Origin: Candidatus Heimdallarchaeota archaeon
Lineage (GTDB): Archaea; Asgardarchaeota; Heimdallarchaeia; Heimdallarchaeales; Kariarchaeaceae
Assembly: GCA_030149205.1 (NCBI GenBank)
Contig: JASBSB010000008.1
Location: 30,001-62,000, forward strand
DNA: 32,000 nt
Reading direction: 5' to 3'
Shown: in pieces, positions 28,223 to 32,000 of the stretch
Layout of the letters: the number at the start of each line of letters is the position of its first letter
How positions within the stretch are numbered: the stretch's first letter is position 1
Notes under the pieces: generated by a model
What the model saw: only the letters and a program-made list of their open reading frames with translations
What the model was told of the DNA's origin: nothing
Database searches by the model: none
Translations under genes and position numbers: made by a program

Positions 28223-28341
28223 GCCGATAATAGTAACAATTTGGCATAAATAAGTATTTTGCTAAACCTATTTCAAATGAATATCGTCGTTGAAAATTAC
28301 AGAACATTATCTTACATTTCTAATAAGCTATCCCCTAAAAA

Positions 28342-28488
28342 TTATTCTTCCTCATCATCCTTTCGCATAGGGATTTTTCCCTCTAATTTAGAAGCGATAT
28401 CTGAAATATCCTTCGTCCCCTCCTCTTGACCCTTCTTTTTGATCTCTTCTAATACATCATCTGGTAAATGTGGTTTTTCATCTGACAT
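28342..28488 (-). CDS. Unannotated 48-aa charged small protein MSDEKPHLPDDVLEEIKKKGQEEGTKDISDIASKLEGKIPMRKDDEEE
   Basis: Hand translation: ATG 28488, TAA 28344-28342, with AAAAG-TTTATA (BRE/TATA-like) at 28519-28529 on the minus strand. Confidence 0.65.
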   Translation of the reverse strand: MSDEKPHLPDDVLEEIKKKGQEEGTKDISDIASKLEGKIPMRKDDEEE

Positions 28489-28635
28489 GGTAATCAAGAA
28501 AAATTCAATTCAAAAGAATATAAACTTTTAGGGGAAACTATGCAGTACAATCAAATCTGAACGATTGACTTAACATTGTTTAAAATTAAAATTATTTAAT
28601 TTATTAATGGTAGTTTGACACACAGTTAATTTAAT

Positions 28636-31179
28636 TCAAAAGATAGTTTTCAAAACTCTGATGGGCATTCGAATATAGGCTGACCAATATTCTTCTCCCA
28701 TATAAGCCATTAAAACAATTCCAAAATAAAATATAAGGGCTGGATTCATTAAACGATCAACATCGAAAACTAAAATATTGAAAAACCAAACAACCGATCC
28801 TAATATAACAATTCTCAGTATATCAATAATGTTGACCTTGGGATCATAAATAACTGTTCTTGCTATCTTGTTTGAATGACTAACATATTTTAATAACAGA
28901 CCGCTCAAAACAATTGATCCTGTTAAGATCGCCATAGAAACAAAGAAGAAAAACTCAGATCTAAAGTTTTGCTTAAAATATAACCTAGTTAGCAATTGAG
29001 TAATAAATACACCAATACTGATGAGAGTTCCAACACTCAGAGATTTTAATTGGTGAGAATAATGCCTGGCTCGTTTAGTAACGTGGTTTACGTTGGTTCC
29101 AAGTGCATATGCTATAATACGGGAAATTACAAAAGTTACGAACAGTGAAAATGCGATTAGAATTGTATTTTTGGCAAAATTGTTCAAAAACACTAAATTT
29201 GGGTCTGAAATAAAATTAAAGATTTTAAGGTCAACGAACCCTAGAGAGAGTCCTAGTGTACTAAAGAAGGAGAATACCTCTACTCCTTGAACAGCATGTG
29301 AAGGAGGGTCCCTTGGGAGTTCAGGATAAAGAAAAATGTTGGATTTGACGATTTCCAGATTTAAAAGTGAGATAGTTCCAAGTATACTCATCCAGAGTAG
29401 AAATCCATAATTCTTAAATAACTCAGTTGTATCATGAGCAACTTGGAGATATATAGTAAGGAAAATTCCTACAAGCAATATGACATTAATCCCGTTTACT
29501 ATTAGATGTTTGAAAGCTAAAATCATATCTTCACTTTCAGTTAAATCATCTTGAGATGAGCCTGTTGAATGGGAGTTTGATGTGTTCTTGTTATTTGCCT
29601 CCACACTAAAATTTTTGAGATTCAGAAAGTCTTTGATATCAAATTTTGAATTTGGTTTGAGTATACATGCTATAACCAAAAATGAAGCAGATATCAACCA
29701 AATTATTCTTATTGGATCTTTTCCAAACACTAATTTTGCCATCCATTCAAGAAAAATAAATTGATAAATGAACAAAAACACAGAGCTTATTAAAAACACA
29801 ACATATTTTAAACTTAAAGGTTCAGCTCTTGTTTTAGAAGATATCAGAGTTCTAAAGTTCGCTTGGATTGTAGCGCCGAGTCTTAGATTCAAGGAGCCGT
29901 TTGGGTTAAACGGAATCAGCGCTAAAATTAAAAGTGGTAGTAAGAATGGGTCATAATACTTGTATAGACCTCTACCAATGATTCCATGAGCGATAAAGAA
30001 GAAGAGAGCTATGAACCTATAGTAATGTTGAGGATTAATTTCTAAATATCTATAGGCTGAAAAGGCACTCCATGAAATAACAAACAGAGTAAGGAAAAAC
30101 AACACAAGTGAGGAAACTATTATCGAAAGAACTTGAGCAAGGAATAGATCACCTGAAGCAACAGCAGAACCAACAATCGTAACTGAGATTCCTGCATTAG
30201 AGGGATTTCTGAGTGAGGCAATTGTTGGTACCCCTTTCTGAGTACCTCCTGCAAGGAATAAACGGTAAACATATGATGTAGGGTCGTATAGAATAAAGGG
30301 AATTGATAATAACAAGCTATAAATTATGAACTCAATAAAAAACATAATCCCTCTAAGCCACCCATATCTTCTTACTAATAACATCAAAATTGGCATAGCA
30401 ATTAAGAGAGGAAATTGTTTTGTCAAAAATGCCATTCCCAAGAAAAATATGGCAAGAGAATCATTATGCCTCATGAAGAACCATACAGAAATTAGAAACA
30501 GAAGGGTCATTTGCGGGGTGTTAAACCCATAGAAAATTTGGTAAACCAAGTTTACTGGTAAAACACTATGAAAAAGAGCAACAATCAAAGCGATAATGTT
30601 TCCTGTTACTCGTTTTGCTAGAAGATATACCATTACAGAAATCAAAGAGTATGAAATGACGTTTGAATAGACTAAGGATTCAACAGCCCCCATGTTGAAA
30701 AACAGAGACCCTACTGATATAAAAAATATATAGAACGGGCCATAAACGTAACCGTGCATTTGATCTGGAAGAATTGGTGCAGTATTCCCGCCAGTAAACG
30801 GATTCCAACCTCTTACAAAATTCTGAACATAGGGGATATAATAATAATTAAAGTCATAGAATCCCTCCACCTGAATGTTTTGATTTGGAGCCCATCCAAG
30901 TAAGCTAGTAACCCAGTAAAGTTCAGGGTGATTATTTATAAAATTGAAAGGTTTATTTGTATAAGCATAACCACCGACACCGCCAACAGTTTGTAGAAAA
31001 TAATTAAATGCAATAAAGCTAAACCAGTAGGTTACGCTAAATATTAAAATCGAAAATATTAGGTCAGTAAGCCTATCCTGTCTTTGTTCACTCTTCGGTT
31101 TTTGATCAAATGGTCTTTCCTTAACGTATTCTATGATGGTTGAGATGGTTGAGTTTTTTACAACATCTTTCTTATCCAC
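28636..31179 (-). CDS. Large polytopic membrane protein with GT-C (GT87/PIG-M-like) glycosyltransferase N-terminal half
   Basis: Loop FYDFNYYY...WNPF...YVYGPF, then FLGMAFLTKQFP, followed by many further TM helices. Confidence 0.6.
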   Translation of the reverse strand: MDKKDVVKNSTISTIIEYVKERPFDQKPKSEQRQDRLTDLIFSILIFSVTYWFSFIAFNYFLQTVGGVGGYAYTNKPFNFINNHPELYWVTSLLGWAPNQNIQVEGFYDFNYYYIPYVQNFVRGWNPFTGGNTAPILPDQMHGYVYGPFYIFFISVGSLFFNMGAVESLVYSNVISYSLISVMVYLLAKRVTGNIIALIVALFHSVLPVNLVYQIFYGFNTPQMTLLFLISVWFFMRHNDSLAIFFLGMAFLTKQFPLLIAMPILMLLVRRYGWLRGIMFFIEFIIYSLLLSIPFILYDPTSYVYRLFLAGGTQKGVPTIASLRNPSNAGISVTIVGSAVASGDLFLAQVLSIIVSSLVLFFLTLFVISWSAFSAYRYLEINPQHYYRFIALFFFIAHGIIGRGLYKYYDPFLLPLLILALIPFNPNGSLNLRLGATIQANFRTLISSKTRAEPLSLKYVVFLISSVFLFIYQFIFLEWMAKLVFGKDPIRIIWLISASFLVIACILKPNSKFDIKDFLNLKNFSVEANNKNTSNSHSTGSSQDDLTESEDMILAFKHLIVNGINVILLVGIFLTIYLQVAHDTTELFKNYGFLLWMSILGTISLLNLEIVKSNIFLYPELPRDPPSHAVQGVEVFSFFSTLGLSLGFVDLKIFNFISDPNLVFLNNFAKNTILIAFSLFVTFVISRIIAYALGTNVNHVTKRARHYSHQLKSLSVGTLISIGVFITQLLTRLYFKQNFRSEFFFFVSMAILTGSIVLSGLLLKYVSHSNKIARTVIYDPKVNIIDILRIVILGSVVWFFNILVFDVDRLMNPALIFYFGIVLMAYMGEEYWSAYIRMPIRVLKTIF

Positions 31180-31266
31180 ACGTCAGGATAAACCAACACA
31201 TATTAAATTATTTCTAAAACATAAGAAATAAAGCTAAGTCTCTCAATAACTAGTCGATTTGAATCC

Positions 31267-31656
31267 TTATTGCAATCGAGACATGAATTCATTTTCATTT
31301 ACAATAAATCTTGTGTGAGTTCCTGAACCTATGACATACCCCTGATATCTTGCTGTCACCTCGAATTCCAATTTCTTTCGATCTTGACTCAAAAGTTTTG
31401 CAAAAACCTCAACTTCTTCACCAATTCCAACCGCCTTTAAATGATCAACACAAATTCGGGTTCCAACGGTACCATATCCTTCTGGGAGAAATGGGATCAC
31501 AGAATTCATTGCCACTTGCTCCATAAAGAGAATCATGCTTGGAGTAGCTAAAACTTCAACTGTCCCAGACCCCAGGGTTCTTGCAGTATGATTCATTGAA
31601 ATTTTGTAAAGAATATGATGCTGTATCTCTTCCGGGAGAACAATATTCATAGGCAA
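31267..31656 (-). CDS. Hotdog-fold thioesterase (fluoroacetyl-CoA thioesterase FlK-like)
   Basis: LGSG..VLATPSMILFME and TVGTRICVDHLKA carry the Thr/Glu/His set; IGSGTHTRF. Confidence 0.9.
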   Translation of the reverse strand: MPMNIVLPEEIQHHILYKISMNHTARTLGSGTVEVLATPSMILFMEQVAMNSVIPFLPEGYGTVGTRICVDHLKAVGIGEEVEVFAKLLSQDRKKLEFEVTARYQGYVIGSGTHTRFIVNENEFMSRLQ

Positions 31657-31762
31657 AGGTAAACCAAGAGAATTTATTCTTTATGGAGAAATAAGTTCTG
31701 AATCTAACAAGTTTTTGTGATAATTTAGAAAGGATTATAGTAGAACATTAAACTTAACCGTG

Positions 31763-32000
31763 ATGAAGAAATCAACAATGGGGTTGATTGCTTTGATCCT
31801 ATACTTCCTTATAACATGGAGTGTCCTCTTAGCAACAAACCCCTTAAATAATACTGGTAATTTTTACAGAGAAGAAATTCAAGGTGTCTCATACTTTGGC
31901 GATCAGGGATTTCAGTTTTCTAGTGTTTCGAACATTTACATAAAAAGCTACACAATACAAGGTTCAGGAGAAAACAAGACAATAAAGTTTTTACTAATTG
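31763..32000 (+). CDS. Exported or membrane protein, N-terminal fragment truncated by the window end
   Basis: Hand translation: MKKSTMGLIALILYFLITWSVLLATNPLNNTGNF..., open to base 32000. Confidence 0.65.
   Translation, partial: MKKSTMGLIALILYFLITWSVLLATNPLNNTGNFYREEIQGVSYFGDQGFQFSSVSNIYIKSYTIQGSGENKTIKFLLI

Noticed and set aside
390-30532. Numerous 60-101 aa ORFs antisense to long genes (e.g. 390-575, 1266-1484, 6108-6395, 16230-16436, 21244-21516, 23411-23716, 24828-25112, 29093-29290)
   Set aside because: They lie almost entirely opposite well-supported genes and have no motifs, so they are treated as shadow ORFs.
1-32000. tRNA, rRNA, IS elements, integrases, multiheme c-type cytochromes
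   Set aside because: No cloverleaf or GC-rich structural RNA, no transposase or terminal inverted repeats, and no CxxCH motifs were seen.

Overview
AT-rich window of archaeal-looking chromosomal DNA. TATA boxes sit about 20-30 nt before many start codons and some genes have GAGGTG-type Shine-Dalgarno (SD) sites. The gene content suggests an Asgard (Heimdallarchaeia-like) archaeon, but that is inference only. No rRNA, tRNA, CRISPR array or transposase was recognised. The left part holds small hydrolases (PAP2, HAD, HIT, Nudix), a surface protein, three tandem paralogous membrane proteins, an APH-like kinase, a gamma-glutamylcyclotransferase and a GDT1 transporter. The centre (13936-22616, minus strand) is a five-gene cell-surface cluster. 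Two DOMON + 7xFN3 membrane-anchored proteins flank a short DOMON-like protein, a DUF2231-like membrane protein and a secreted cysteine-free LanC-like protein; the Met/His heme-ligand pattern is retained, suggesting an extracellular redox apparatus. Divergent from it is an unannotated pair of microproteins, a 48-aa hyper-acidic peptide and a 31-aa Lys-rich peptide, each with its own SD. An orphan CARF-like/wHTH regulator converges on that pair. The right part has an ACT-less chorismate mutase/prephenate dehydratase, a DUF2892-MarR unit with four 15-bp-phased operator-like palindromes, an atypical SDR, an MFS transporter, another unannotated 48-aa ORF, a large GT-C glycosyltransferase-like protein, an FlK-like thioesterase and a truncated exported protein. 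All family calls come from motif recognition by eye; no database searches were run.
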